A stretch of 64,000 nucleotides of DNA from the NCBI GenBank assembly GCA_964016885.1, contig OZ024740.1, positions 405,790,001-405,854,000 of the forward strand. The letters are read 5' to 3'. How positions within the stretch are numbered: the stretch's first letter is position 1; every line of letters starts with the position of its first letter. The DNA comes from Eledone cirrhosa. Its lineage: Eukaryota. Made by a program: the position numbers and the translations under genes. Of this stretch, positions 24,001 to 39,000 are shown piece by piece. The notes below the pieces were generated by a model that did no database searches, was not told where the DNA came from, and saw nothing but the letters and a program-made list of their open reading frames with translations.

Positions 24001-27000
24001 TATAAACATTTGATTTAACAAACCTGTATTTAGATATTTTCTGCTAAATCATTACAAGATGTTTAGAGTTAACTAGATTGTCTTATCACTTTTAGAGGCT
24101 TTCACCATCACTCTAGTCCTACCTCTACGAGCCTTTATGACCATCAGCTTGAGCTCAACAGTAGTGTCATTAATTCTGAAGATAACCCGATTGTTTCCAT
24201 AGATATCAATCCTGAATGTCTTTGTTAAATCTCTAGGTAAGATGACAAGGTCGTTTAAGAATAGAGCCATGGTAGAATGGAATGGACCTCCATCGACGAT
24301 GAGTGTTCCTATTGTTTGATCAATGGGACAGCTACTTATGAAATTAATGTATGAATGTTTGAGCATTCTACAGACATTTGTACCCATAACATAATTCTCA
24401 GGGAGATTCAACAGGACACAGTGTATGACAAAGCTGACTCTTTAGATTACAGGTACAGTCCATCTAATGTGCTTATAAATAGTTTCTGTCTACCCAAATT
24501 CACTCACAATGAATGGATTGATCCAAGTAAATAACACTTACCCAAGATGCCAAGAGACCTAATGATTGCAACGCGAACTTCGTAACCATTCAGCTATGCA
24601 GCATCCACTAGTAAACAGCTATGAAAACCTTAAACTTTTCACTAAACAAATCACTAACTTTCACTAATATTTAGCTTCTATTCATTCATATATTGTGTTC
24701 ATATTATCTATTGGATAAAGCTTAAACAGGTTTCAGCCATCTAAAATATAAACATACTCTAAAATATTAATGTACTTTGTACTTAAGCATTTCCTTGACA
24801 TGATATTTAATTTATTGAGCACAGACAAAGACAATCTGATAAGAAAAAGGCAAATATGTATCATATTTCAAAAAATATCTTTCTCATAGTCATTGTATTA
24901 TGACAAATGATAAATATAGGAATAAGAGAAATTTGAGAACATCATCATCATCATCGTTTAATCTCCATCTTCCATGCTAGCATAGGTTAGACAGGTTTGT
25001 CCCACTTGAGGCAAGATTGGCTGGGTGACCGTGTTTCTGGCTGGTTTTCTACGGCTGGGTGCCCTTCCTAATGCCAACCACTTTTACAGTGTGGACTGGG
25101 AGCCTTTTTACCGTGTCTCCTACACAACCACTTTACAGTGTAGACTGGGTGCTTTTCGTCGTGACACCTACACGACCACTTTACAGTGTGGACTGGGTGC
25201 TTTTTGTCGTGACACCTACACGACCACTTTACAGTGTGGGCTGGATGTTCTGTGGTACCAACATTACTTTACAGAGAAAGGGTGGTGTGGGAAGATGGAG
25301 TAGGGAGTGTGGGGTGTATATTGGGTTAAGAAGTGCTACTGACTGTAAGTTTAAGTTTGTACAACTATTCATTATACATAACTCAGTTCTATGTGACATG
25401 AAAAAATTATTCCTACAAAACTATGAAGCCTGTCAAGTTTATAGATGTGTTTGTGTGCGTCCTGTTTTTAGAATAGGTACACCATATCTCTGCATCTAGA
25501 AAGAGCAACTAAAAGAGTTGGCATCAGGAAGGGCATTCGACTGTAAAACATTGTCTGAAAACATCCCATCCAACCCATGCCAGCATCTGACTGTAAAACA
25601 TTGTTTCAAAACATCCCACCCAACTCATTGCCAGCATCTGACTAAAACATTGTCTCAAAATATCCCATCCAACTCATGCCAGCATGGCAAAGTAGATGTA
25701 AAAATGATATGTATGTATCATCATAATTTAACTAGCAGGTGTTGAACAGGTTGTCACAGACCAAATCAGTACTTATTTAGAGCCCTTGACTTCTCAGACA
25801 GGCCAGGGGCCACATCCTGTTTACATACATTTCCTTACTCTGCAGAGTGCACCAGGTGCAGCTTATTCTGGCTTGTTTTCTACAGTTTGATGCCTTTCTT
25901 ATCAACAACCATCTTACAGGGTATACTGGGTGCATTTTTCATTGCACCAGTACTAGAGCAGTTGTGTTATGACTGAAGGTTCCTCTCGGTCCTTTTTGGC
26001 ATGGTTCTATAAAATAATAATAATAATGAATGAATGAAATTATTGTGTAAATAATAATAATAATAATAATGAAATTATTGTGTACAGTGCTCAGGTGCAC
26101 TACAACTCATCAAAGGTGCATGTATAGTACATAGAATAATGTACAAATGTCAGGAAAGTGAACAGTGTATGAGTTATGATATACATGTGTGCGTGTGTAT
26201 GGAGGGGGAATATTAGGTGTAGTGATGGCGAATCTCAGGAAGCATGGAGGTTTTAAAGGATGCAGTGTCTCGACAGCTAACAACTGATGCAAGTAGTTTG
26301 TTCCATGCTTCAGTAACTCTGAGCGTGAAAATATGTTTCTGAAAATCATGGAAGCTGTGCTGTTTTCTGACTTTGTGGGCATGCCCACGTGTGTTAGACA
26401 CATAGAATTCAAAAAGGTGCTCAAGGTTGTTGTTGGCAAGATGGTTAATAATTTAAAAGTTGCCTAGTGTCAAAGCTTCAATGTATCCATACCCAGGGAA
26501 GCAAGGCGTTCAGAGTATGGTAGATGCCTGATGGAGGATAATCGCTTGGTTGCACATCCCTGATCAGTTTCCAGGAGGTCAATGTTCTGAGCAAGATGGG
26601 GGTTTCAGACTGGTGATGCAAATTCCAAGTGTGGCTGCACCTTAGCTATATACAACTTTAAATAGATAGCTGGAGAACGGCTGACAAAGATGTTGTTGAG
26701 TGATGCCAAGACACCCTCGGCCTTCTTGACAATTTTAGAGATGTGCTTTGTCCAACTCAAATCGCTGCTAATAGTAATGCTCAGGCCACAAATCAATGCA
26801 TGGAATTGCTGAAAAGTTTGAACAAACATAGACTATTACACCACCACCATGATGATTAATGCGGTCTTTGCGAAACAAGTTGTAGCCCAGCTATGCTGAA
26901 AACCCCATCGCAGAGTAAGGAATGTACCCATGTTTCCGTGATTAATGAAATCAAGGTTGATACTTGTGACGTAAGAATCAAAAAGATGTATCTTATTGCA

Positions 27001-30000
27001 CAAACTACGAGCATTTAAAGACAACAATTTGTACCTTGATTTCAGTTTATGATGACGTGCAGGAGATGGCAGGTTGTTCTGATTTAGTTTCCCACAGTTT
27101 TTTCATTACCAGCTATTGTGGGTACAGTGTGTTCAGACCAACTGGTATCTCTTTTCCATGTTTCACCAGCCCTAATAAGCTTCCATATCTGCCCATCATC
27201 ACGTAGGCTGAAGCTTTCATGTTATGCTGAGTTGCGATTTAAGGAAGCTGCAGCACGATGTACATCAGGTAGTAGGCCAGGGCGTGTTCGAAAGGTAATT
27301 TGATTTTCACGCCTAGCTTTATCAGAGGCCAAATGGTATGAACATGCCTCAGTAGAGTTTGAAAAAGACAGCCTAATTAGTCTGGGTTTCGGACTTGGTC
27401 GACAAGGCAGAGAGCACTCTTTGTGGGAGCACAGCCTAGGTCTTTGGATGAGCTGGCAGCAAATGCCTGAAGATCAGCTATGTCTTCTGATACATCAATG
27501 GCAATTACTTCGTGGTTTACAGATTCAGTGGCTTTCTCTGTGTCTAGATTCGGCAAGATCTACGGGGAGATTTTTTAGCAAGACACTCCATGTATAACCT
27601 CAATGTGAGGTTCTACATGAACACTTGATTTGATTCCTGCTATTTCTCAGCTTAAAGCAGAAATCATTTGTTGTATTTCTTCAAACTCTGTATTGATGGT
27701 TGATTTTTGTTGTTGTTGAGAAGTAACGGGGGAGGAAGATATGGGTTGCTGTTGTTGATGATGTTCTTCAACAGGAGTGGTAGCGGAAGCTGCGGTTATC
27801 GGTTTTTGCTGTTGTTCAGCAGCAATGGTAGAAGAAGACACGGTCGTCGGTTTTTGTTGTTGTTGTTCAACAGCAATGGTAGAGGCAGACACACAGACCA
27901 GGCACTGAAAGGACCAATTTGGTAGCTGGACCATTTCCCAGAGTCCATCCATCATAGAAATATGGTGTCTCTTTTTATGACCTGGGATCTTTGGAAAGTT
28001 TGTGACACTTTGAAGGCAAACAGAAACACGAGATTTACCACATTCAACCCATCGATTCCGGAGGGAGTTCTCTAGTTCTATATATAGATGACAGATGTGA
28101 TTTTCTGGGCAATGTTCTATTTTGGAACATCGACAGTTTTATCACACTTCATCCATAGATGTCACCATAGCAATTTTGTTCTGTCTGTCCATCCATACAG
28201 TAGAACAAAATGTAAACAAATAGATATGCTGCATAAGTTTAGCACACTTGTTAACAAGATAAATAACATTTTTTTTTTCTGTTTTCCTATGTATTGTGTG
28301 TATATATAATTAAAAGGTATATGTGGGTTAGAAATGAAGTCAATGTTCAGAATCGTTTTATAATGTACCTAAGATTGGTCGGTATAGTGTCTCACACAAA
28401 ATAGTGAGATTTCTTTTCACTTTGCGTGTATATGCATGTGTGGTATGTATCTATATATAAATCTGTGTATATTGCTGTTTATAGAATTTGGGAAGAACTT
28501 ACTGTGATCCCTAAGGGATTTAGTGGTTTATTTTTTTTTTACAATCATGTTTACACGTGGTTTCTTTGCGAAAATCAGATATACTTAATTAAAGTGATGT
28601 TCTGTTGAAACTGGTTCTAATAGTCAAGGAATAGTGAAAGTTTAGGAGATATATGGTCATCAGTTATAGAACGATAGCTAGGGAATATCTTCTATTTTTT
28701 ACATGTTATGACTCCATTGAAAATACTGGAAGTTATTGGTAGTTATGCATTGGTATCAGAGTAAAAACAACAGAGCTTATCAACGTAACAATTGTTTTAT
28801 TGATGGATTGGTGTGTGCATAAATGTTAGTTCATACCTGGAGCTATATGTTAGCAAACAGCACTAAGAAAGGATCGGAATGCATGTCCATCCCTAGACCC
28901 TTTGATGGGAGTCCCTAGGAAGATGTTATCAGTTCGGAGGCTGCAGTCCAACTGTCCCTTAGCAAAGGCAATGCTTTGACTTGACGTAATAACAAGGCAG
29001 GCGACTCTCACTACAAAAGTATTTGTAATAATGAATATTGAAATCCTGACATACGTTAAAAGGGCAGTTTTCGGTGAATATATTATATTTAGATAGAAGA
29101 GCCGTTCCTTGCGTTGTTCCTTGTCACCATTTTGTGTGTCTCTTTTATTTTCTTATTCAATTTCACAAGTTATGACAATGAATCTGCTTCGAACATTCCT
29201 GTGTAACCCATGCCAGCATGGAAAAATAAACATGTAAAACTGGTGGCGCTTGTAGTGAATAGTGGAAGTGTAATAATTATGATAATATCATAATGTGAAT
29301 TTCTCCAAACTTCCAAAGAATGCTGCATAGCTATGCTTTCAAGATATTAACCCTTTAGTATTTACAATACTCTACATATACTATTCTATTTTCTCGGTAA
29401 ACACTTTATCTCATATAATTATCTCACATAATATCGAATCTACAAGATTTTGGTATTATTTATTTTGAGAACAATACCTTCATGTCAGTATGAGTGACCA
29501 GTTATGGCCAGTTTGACAGAAAGAGATGAGAGGATTCTAGCCGGATACAGCCGGTTTAATTACTAAAGGGTTAAATATATAAGAATTTTTTTTTTTTGTT
29601 ACTGTTTAGTCAAGGAAGGAAGGGCCAGTGCCCATGACCTTTTTCAGGGCTGCTAAGACTAGTGGGAGGGTAAAATATATGCTCAAACCAGAGACCTGCT
29701 CCAAATGTTTGCAACAGAGTAGACTCTGTTAAAGGTACCCATGGATTAGATGATGGTCTGCCATCCAAGTAAGCCACAATGAGATTTGAACTCAGAATGC
29801 TAAGAGCCAAAACCAATATCTCAAGTGCAGAGAGCTGGAACAAATACTGCAAAGCATTTTAACTTATGCTCAAAATCCTTTTACCACCTACGTTAAAGGG
29901 TGTTCCACCTTCATTCAATTTAAGCTTGAAGGATAAGATTTAAAAAAAAAAAATATTTGTTTCATATTTTTTTGTTTATTTATAGTCTGCAATTACATCA

Positions 30001-33000
30001 AATGGTCAGTTAACACCCAACTTTAAATATATAGAAGACCTTAGGAATAAATTCAGGTGAGAATTAAAATTTAAGCATATAATATTTGATTGTTTTTTGG
30101 GGAGCTTTTGTGTGTGATGTTTCTCTTTTAATATCTTTTATTTTACTGTGTTACTTCCATTTTTCTATACTACCTTCATGGGAACATTTATATACTGTTA
30201 TAACAATTGGATATCCTTCTCACTGCCAACCAAGTGTAACCTGTCATCAGCCTGGTTGTCTGAAATAGCTCCCTCACCCAGGCATAGAAAATTTAAAACT
30301 TTTACAAGATTTGATCTCAGGACTACAATATTTGTTTATTACATTAAAAAAGAAGGCAATGTCTGAAAATGGCAACTGGTTACAATGATTGATTTGTTAA
30401 AGTGTATATTACTGTTGTTTTTGAAAGTGAGTGAGGTGTTTATATTACAATTACACAGGTTTAGCTAAATGTTTAAGAAATTTACTTTGCAATTGTTAGG
30501 TCCCAGGTTTGTTCTTTGCCGTTGTCTCCAGTTAACCCAAGCTTTGTGAATGGAATTGGGTAGACAGAAACTGTATGGATGCCCATTAGATGTATTGTAC
30601 CTATAATTGAAAGGTCCAGTCTTGTCAAATATTGTCATTGATTCAGCTTGGGAATTATGTTAAGTGTGGACATGTCTGTGGAATACTCAACCGCTTATAT
30701 ATTAATTCACAAAACAGATACCCAGTTGATCGATTAACATTTACTCAAAGTTGAAATATTTTTTTCTAAAATGAACATGAATTGTTTTTGCTATAGATTT
30801 GATATATATAAAGGTTTTAGAAGAATTTACAAGGGATTGTGAGTCATAGAATATGTAATGAAGGAGATCCTAGTCAGTGGTCTCTAACTAGGATGTAATT
30901 CTTTATAATTGAATTAACATTTGCATTTAAGGCTGTTCACTCATTTCTGGCTTATCATATTTCTATTATAGGATATAACTGTTCCCACTGCGTAGAGAAA
31001 GATGCCATGCAGTGGGATCAGACCTGGGGCCTAATGATTGTAAAATAAATTTTTTAATCACTCTGTCAAATCTGTGTCCAGGAATTGTAATATAAACACC
31101 TGTAACACACTTTTAACAAGTCAGTTACTGTAACCAGTCCCCCATTTCAGCCATCTCCTTACTATTTCTAGGTCCTGTTATTAGTGTTGCATTTAACCCT
31201 TTAGCATTTATATTACTCTATAGTTACTCTTGTATTTTCACAGTAAAGGCTTTATCTCGCATAATTATCTTACATAATATCAAAGCTACGAGATTTTGAT
31301 ATTATTTATTTTGAGAAAATAACATAAGTATGACCAGCCAGTTACAGCCGGTTTGAACAGAAAGAGCTGACAGAAGTCTGGCTGGATACAGCCTGTTTAA
31401 ATGCTAAAGGGTTAAAGTGTGTACTGATATACAAACTTATGTTATCATCATCATCATCATCATCATTTTACGTCCACTTTTCCCTGCTTTCAAGGGTGGG
31501 ACGGGAACTGATTCTGGCTTGATTTCTACAGCTGGATGCCCTTCCTAACACCAACCTCATTTACAGTGAGTGCTGGGTGCTTTTTTCCGTGGCGCCTACA
31601 CGTCCACTTTACAGTGTGGGCTGGGTGCTTTTTTGCCGTGGCACCGCCACGACCACTTTTCAGTGGAATGATAGCTGTATTGTTGAAACAAGTAATGGAG
31701 TTGGTATTTTTCTGTGAGTGATAAAATATCTTCATTGTATATAGAAGGTAGTAACTAAACTCAATGATTTAAAAGTTTAATGGAAAAGCAGTGTAATATT
31801 GTTAATGTTTAAGGAAAAGGAAACATTTTTACAGTGGATAAATTAATGTTTCTTTTTTCTTGTTTTTTGCATGATGCATCATTTTTGGCAATTGTTTTAA
31901 TTTTAGGAATTCAACCCACACCATGAGGTAAGAGGAAACCACAACTGAAGGGGTTTACAAACTTGCATGCTGGTGGAGTCCCAATTGAATACTATTGGCC
32001 TTAGTCTTCTCATAATTCTGTGATACTAGAGTACAAGATTGAGTCAGCAGATGGGGTACTCACTTGAGGGGGTTTCAGTTTATGTTGCAGCCTGTTTTCT
32101 ACTGAAATCCTTTTCTATTAGTACATTACTGCAGGTAGTGAGAATAGGAATGAGTTGATAGAGGCTGATACAGCACATTAAGATTTCCATTGTCCTAATT
32201 CAAGTGTTTGTAACAGCTGATGAAAATTTACTAATGACATCCACAGGTCAGGCAATGTCTCTAGAGTGTAAGCTTTAGATGAAGTGCACAAGCTGGAAGA
32301 AGAAAAAAAGAAGTTATATGAGAGCCCTGGGAGGGCTCTGTAGAAACAGTAGACAGCTTCTGCTACCTAGGTGACCGAATTAGCAGCGGAGGTGGGTGTT
32401 CAGAAAGTACAATAACTAGGGTAAGAACGGGATGGAAGAAGTTCAGGGAACTACTACCACTGCTAGCTGCAAAAGGCTTCTCCCTCAGAATGAAAGGCAG
32501 ACTGTATGATGCGTGTATCCGAACAGCAATGTTGCATGGTAGTGAGACCTGGGCGCTGAAGGTGGAAGACTTACGTAGATTAGAGAGAAACGAAGCCTGC
32601 ATGCTCCGATGGATGTGTAACAGTAATATACGTGAACGACAAAGCATAAATGAATTAAGAGAGAGACTGAGCATAAGAGGAATCAAATGCTGTGTGCAGG
32701 AGAGGCGGTTGCGCTGGTATGGACATGTGATGCGTATGAAGGATGACAGCTGCATAAAAAGGTGCAGAGCACTAGAAGTTGATGGAAACCGCGGAGTGAG
32801 GAGACCCAAGATGACCTGGGATGAGGTGATAAAAGCCGACCTTACCCAATTACACCTCTCAAAGGCGGTGACACACGACCGTGACCTCTGGCGTCACGCA
32901 GTAATACAGAGTACCCGACCTCCCATGGGTACAAGCTGAAGCATATAGACAATATGCCGCCACACCCCCCACCGCAAGGTGGTCGTGGAGGTGCCATGGC

Positions 33001-36000
33001 AAAAAAGCACCCAGTCCACACTGTAAAGTGGACGTGTAGGCGCCACGAAAAAGCACCCAGCACTCACTGTAAATGAGGTTGGTGTTAGGAAGGGCATCCA
33101 GCTGTAGAAATCAAGCCAAATCAGTTCCTGTATGGGCAAGGCATGGTCAGCCGACCAGACACTGCCCACAACAGGACAACCCGTCTAACCCATGCTAGCG
33201 TGGAAGAACGGACGTAAAACGGTGATGATGATGATGATGAGAAGAAGGAGAGTGAAAGAGAGCATGTCATTTCCACATATCACATTTAGCACACACATTT
33301 GTTTATGTCACGTATAAATAATACATCCTGCAGCTCACACATTTGTTTATGTCACGTATAAATAATACATCCTGCAGCTCAGCAGTTTTATATGTGATGG
33401 CCAGTGGAATAAAGTACCTTGCTTTAAAATATAGGTTGGTATCAGGAAAAGCACTTGGCTGTAGAATATTGCCTCAATAATTTTAAAGGGTTCCTATTTA
33501 AATATAAATTGTAGTGCACCTGAGCACTGTACACAATAATTTCATTATTATTATTATTAAATCTACCAACATAATTTTATATAAGAACCATGTTTTTTAA
33601 TGAAATAATTGATAATTTTAATAAGACTCAAAATTCTTTATTAATTAATTAAAATAGAATGTATTTAATGAGAAATATAGTCACAAAAGGGTTAATGGGT
33701 CACCAAGTAACTGGATATTCATTTGACATTTTATTTAGTTTGATAGTGAGAATTGTGGGATGGAGTAAGGAAAATTATTGAGAGACAACCATTTTGCTCC
33801 AGCAATTTTGAAATGTTTACTATCTCTCTCACCCATACATAGCTAGGCTTTCCAAATGTTTATTTATTAAACATACCGTATATTATTAGATATACGAAAT
33901 TCACATACTTGTATGTATACAACTATGTTGGAGCTAAAATTTTAATTCTATTTTCAAGTTGAGCCAACTTACACAGCACCATATGCAAATGAGGCTAATC
34001 AGACCATTAACACAGGCGAAAAAACTATATATTTTCGCCTGTTTCAAGTTCCAGAAGAGGGCAGGGGAAGCACTGTCCTGATGATGGCTAGATTCTAAAA
34101 TGTGCATAGACAGTTGTCCCTTGCTGTTTCTGCTGGAATCCACTAGACAGCGCTAGCTGTCAGCCTTTCAATATTTATAGCTAGGCTTTCCAAGTATATA
34201 TATATATATACTTTTTTTTTTGCACTCATTTTTCCATGCTGCTATGGGTTGGATTTTTTGTTCTGCAGAATTCTGTTGCCAAATGCCATTTCTGATGTCA
34301 ACCCACTTTTATTTTTTAAGTAAGCTACAGATCTTCATACATCAGATCACTAAACTGTGGTCAAATGTAAAGAAACAGAGATACACACATATATAAAATA
34401 TATGTACATATATGGTAGTGAAATATGGGTAGTGACTGCAGAAGACATGCGTATCTGGAGAGAAATGAAGCAGCCAGGCTTTGTTGGATGTACAACGTAA
34501 ATCTGGAAGAAAGGTAGAGCTTGGATGAACGGAGTGAGAAGCTGGGTTTAAGAGGAATCTAAGGTGGTTTGCAAGAGAGAAGACTGTGTTGATACAGATA
34601 TGTGATGGACATGAATGATGATCCATAGGTAAAGTGTTAGGTAATGCCAGTGGATGGAAGCCGCAGTAGAGGTAAACCGAGAAAGACCTGGGCAGCGGTG
34701 GTGGAAGCTGACCTCAAATCGCTGAGACTTAGAGGAGATGACAAAGAAACGTGGCGAGTGGAGAGATGCTGTGCTGAAAAGGACCTATTCCACCCATGTA
34801 AGCAAGGAAAAACAGGTGTTAAAACGTTTATGATGATATAACCCATCCAAGATGAAAATGTTTATCTGTACATTATTCCTACTTGTGAATTCTTTTTCTG
34901 TTTTCCATCTTTCCAAGCCAAAAAGTAGAATATGGGGCCCACTAATGACATAGAATACATAAACATGAAATATTTGTCAAACATTTCTTATTAAAGCTTC
35001 AGTTGGATGCAAATACAATATCCTTTTGATGGAAAACACGAAAAATGTTGAGGAACTTAGCATGAAATCAATATAAATGTTTTTACGGTCATTTTCCCTG
35101 ATAAAGCAGAGATTAACTCTATATACCCCACGATAGGCTTCATACTCCTCATTACATCCTTTTGAGGCAATGTTTTATGGTTGGTTACCCTTCATAACAT
35201 CAACACTTTTAGTAACCTCTATCACACACAGGAATATGGTGTACTTAGTCTAAGCTGAATACAAACAGAAGAGTGACAAATTTAGTTACTGAAGAAATAT
35301 AGAATTGGTATGAGAAGGAAGGATTTGAGGTAATTTGTTTGTGACAAACGTGGTGTTCAAAGCAGTTATTAAGTATTGTTTATGGCAGCAGAAATACTGC
35401 TTATGAAGCAAACTCAGTTATAGCATGTTGGTGATTGTCTAAATTTAGTGGAGATGCATTTGACAAAAGACTAGAATTTGAGCATATTTTAGCAGAAACA
35501 TTCTGGACAATGTTTTGATTAATACTTTTGTATCAATACTTATGGAGAGGCCTCATTTAATCTATAATTACCTTTGGAAAAAAAGCATGAATGTCACAAC
35601 TTCAAGTTTTGTAGCTCCCATAAGTTTAAGGCTTCACACCTAATTACAGAATCATCATTGTTAGTAATGTTTGTGGTAACGAAGGAGGATTTGATCTCAG
35701 CACTCCTGACTATAATCAATAGTCCTTTCAATCAAAATGTCATGGATGTTTATCTTCTTGATACATATTTACAACTGGTGAATTGAGAATTAGGTATAAA
35801 TTAGGGTTGCTGCAGAGTATTATAGAAACTACATAATATGATGACTGCAGCCTAATGATGTCCATCACCTCCAGACTCGTAATTGATGGTTCAGAAGGAC
35901 TTTTGATTTTGATTTTTTTCTTGTATGGTTTGGTAAGTGAGGGTTAAATGTAAATTTACTTGAGTTTGTGGATAGCATCAGATTCACGTAAATTTATTTA

Positions 36001-39000
36001 CATTCAAGTTAAGGCAATGGTTACAGTATAGTGCTAGAGACAGATTATAAACCATTGTACTAACTCAGCCAGCTGCAACACTAAGATAATTATTACAATT
36101 GTCAAGAAGGCTGAGGGTATCTTGGCATCACTCAGCAAGACCTTTGTCAGCCACTATACAGCTATCTATTTAAAGTTGTATATAGCTGGAACCCCCATCT
36201 TGCTCAGAACATTTACCTGGAAACTGTTCAGAGACGTGCAAACAAACGAATACCCTCCATCAGGCATCTACCATACTTTGAATGCCTTGCTTCCCTGGGC
36301 ATGGATACATTGAAGCTCCGACGTCTGGCAACTGACTTGGTAAACACCTACAAAATTATTAACCATCTTGCTAACAACAGCCTTGAGCACCATTTTGATC
36401 TCCATGTGTCTAACACGTGGGCATGCCTACAAAGTCAGAAAACAGCACAGCTCCCATGACTTTAGGAAACATTTTTTCACGCTCAGAGTTGTTGAAGCAT
36501 GGAACAAACTACCTGCATCAGTTGTTAGCTGCCGAGACACTGCATCCTTTAAAACCTCCATGCTTCCTGAAATTTGCCAACACTACACCTAATGTTCCCC
36601 CTCCATACACACGCACACATGTATATCATGACTCATACACTGTTCACTTTCCTGGCATTTGTATATTATTCTATGTACTATATATGCATCTTTGATGAGT
36701 TGTAGTGTACCTGAGCACTACACAATAATTTCATTGTTTTAAATTAGAAAGATTTATTTTATAGCAGCAATACAGACCTCACATTTTTTATCCCTCCAGG
36801 CTAAATTAATTTATCAAAATACTCTAAGAACGATAAAGTTATTCTAATTTCTGTGTAGAAACAGGTTTTCCTTTATAATTGTTTCTACTTTTGGCACAAA
36901 GCCAGCAATTACTCAGTGTATTACTGGTACTTTATTTTATCAACCCCATAAGGATGAAAGGCAAAGTTAACCTCGGTGGGATTTGAACTCAGAATGGCAA
37001 GGGCCGTAACTCTATGCGTCAAAGCATAATGGTTTTCCTTTATAATGAATATTATCAACCACCAGTAACTCTTTCATTGAGGTCTCAGAATACTGATTTT
37101 AAAAAAATAGGATGCAAATATGGTTTAGTTTGTGTGTGTATCTAAGAATTTACAGAAAGTCTATTTCTACCTTGGACATCATTGAATATACAAAGACATG
37201 CCTGATAAATAGCATATTGGCAGCCTCTTAAAGTGCTTTAGACTGACCTTTCAGGTATATTTTAGGGGCTGTTAGCTGAGGAATTAACAGATGACTAGTT
37301 CAACCTAGGATCAGCTCTTAATATATGAGAGTGGCCTGCAGAGATGCTAGTAATATACTTTCTGGTAAAAAATCTGAAATAAAGTTTTAGATCTCTGATC
37401 TGGCAGTATTACCTGTAAGCTTTTACACTAACAATGTGAACAGACATTAAATGATGAGGTACATAAATTATTAATGCATTTGTGTGCCATAACCCGTCAG
37501 ACATCAACTAGTCAATACTTTCACATGCTGCAGTGAAACTTAGATAAGCTCATTGGATTTATACTTGGGTTTTAAATATATTATAAGACTGTTGTTCTTA
37601 AATGCATTTACAATCAAGCAAAATGTGCTCAACATATTGAACACTGAATATTGTGTTTTATTATACTTAGTATATTGATCTTTTCCTTTTAAATTTTGTA
37701 AGAATGTTATTTACCTTGTGTGAATGGTGGCAAAATAGTTGTCCACCAAAACAATTTCTAGAGGTAGTGAGTTACGTACCTTAGCATGATTTTCCTTTTT
37801 AAATTAACATCAAAGCTACAGAAAGTGTGGGGAGAGATACATAAAATACTACCTTGAATCTACAAACCTTATTTTGAGAAAGTGTGTTCATCTTCCCTCA
37901 AGTTATTGTGTATACACCTGATAGATTGGCTTATTAAATGAACCCTATTATTGAAAGGGGGGGGGGGGGGGGGGACAACAACAAAGTTTTGGGTCCTAAA
38001 AGGAAGGAAAAGCATTCTACATTAATAGACTTCAGTTTCAGTGTTAATTTTATAATCCATCATTGTTATATAAAACTCTTTACTCCTTCTAATCAAGAAA
38101 TTTCTATAATAGGTAAGCTAAGACTAAAAGGTTGGTGTCATGGAGGGCATCTGATCTTTGCATTGAAAATCACAAATGCTAATGGTTTTGCCCTGAATCA
38201 TCATCATCATCATCATCGTCATTTTACGTCCGCTTTTCACTGCTTGCAAGGCTGGAATGAATATTAATAAAAATAGAAAAGAATGGTGTAGATTTCACAG
38301 TTGATTTTTAAAGATATATGTTTCTTCAGGGCAACATGAGCATGAATTGAAACAAAAGGTGTTGTAGTCCTATGAAGGATGGTTTGTGAAAAGTATTTAG
38401 TTTATAGAAATGGCAGATACATCCAAGGAGTCAAGTTTGAATAGTTGATGGTTAACAAGTTTAGAAGAATAGATTATCAGTAAAAGAGACAAAGGGAGGA
38501 TACTGCACATTGGTGAACTAGGTGTTTTAGTATATTTGTGAGTGACAGTTTATTAATATCTTAAAGAAGTTACTTATAATGTGTGTGTCTGTATGATAAT
38601 GGCTGAATTGCAGATATAAGAGAAGTGGTTTAATGAAGGCATATATGGACCTTCCATAAATTTGCAACTATTCAGAGCTGAAATATTGATTGTCCCCGAA
38701 GTGATCCAGGTTTTAAATACTATATATCTTTGGTCATCAAAGATAGGCCTTGTATTTGTAGTGAAGTTTTTAGTTGTGACTTGTCCAAGTGTCATTGAAG
38801 TGTAATCATTGGGTTAGTACTGTTGGATTAGATAATGTCATGACTGCATTGTTCCTAGATGTTAAATATAATCATGACAGATATCTCAGGCTGTGGTGGA
38901 GTAATGTGCATGGAAGTTAGTGTAGTAGACTTAACTAAATCTTAGAACAGATGTTAGTTGATATAATAGGTCAAAAAGCCTCACCAACACATTCAGTGAT

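Noticed and set aside
27647-27955. Poly-Q ORF as a host gene
   Set aside because: It lies within the minus-strand CR1-like element upstream of its endonuclease, so it is an ORF1 remnant.
37956-37974. Poly-G run as a functional G-quadruplex (also poly-C at 13015-13029)
   Set aside because: Simple homopolymer with unreliable length and no supporting context.
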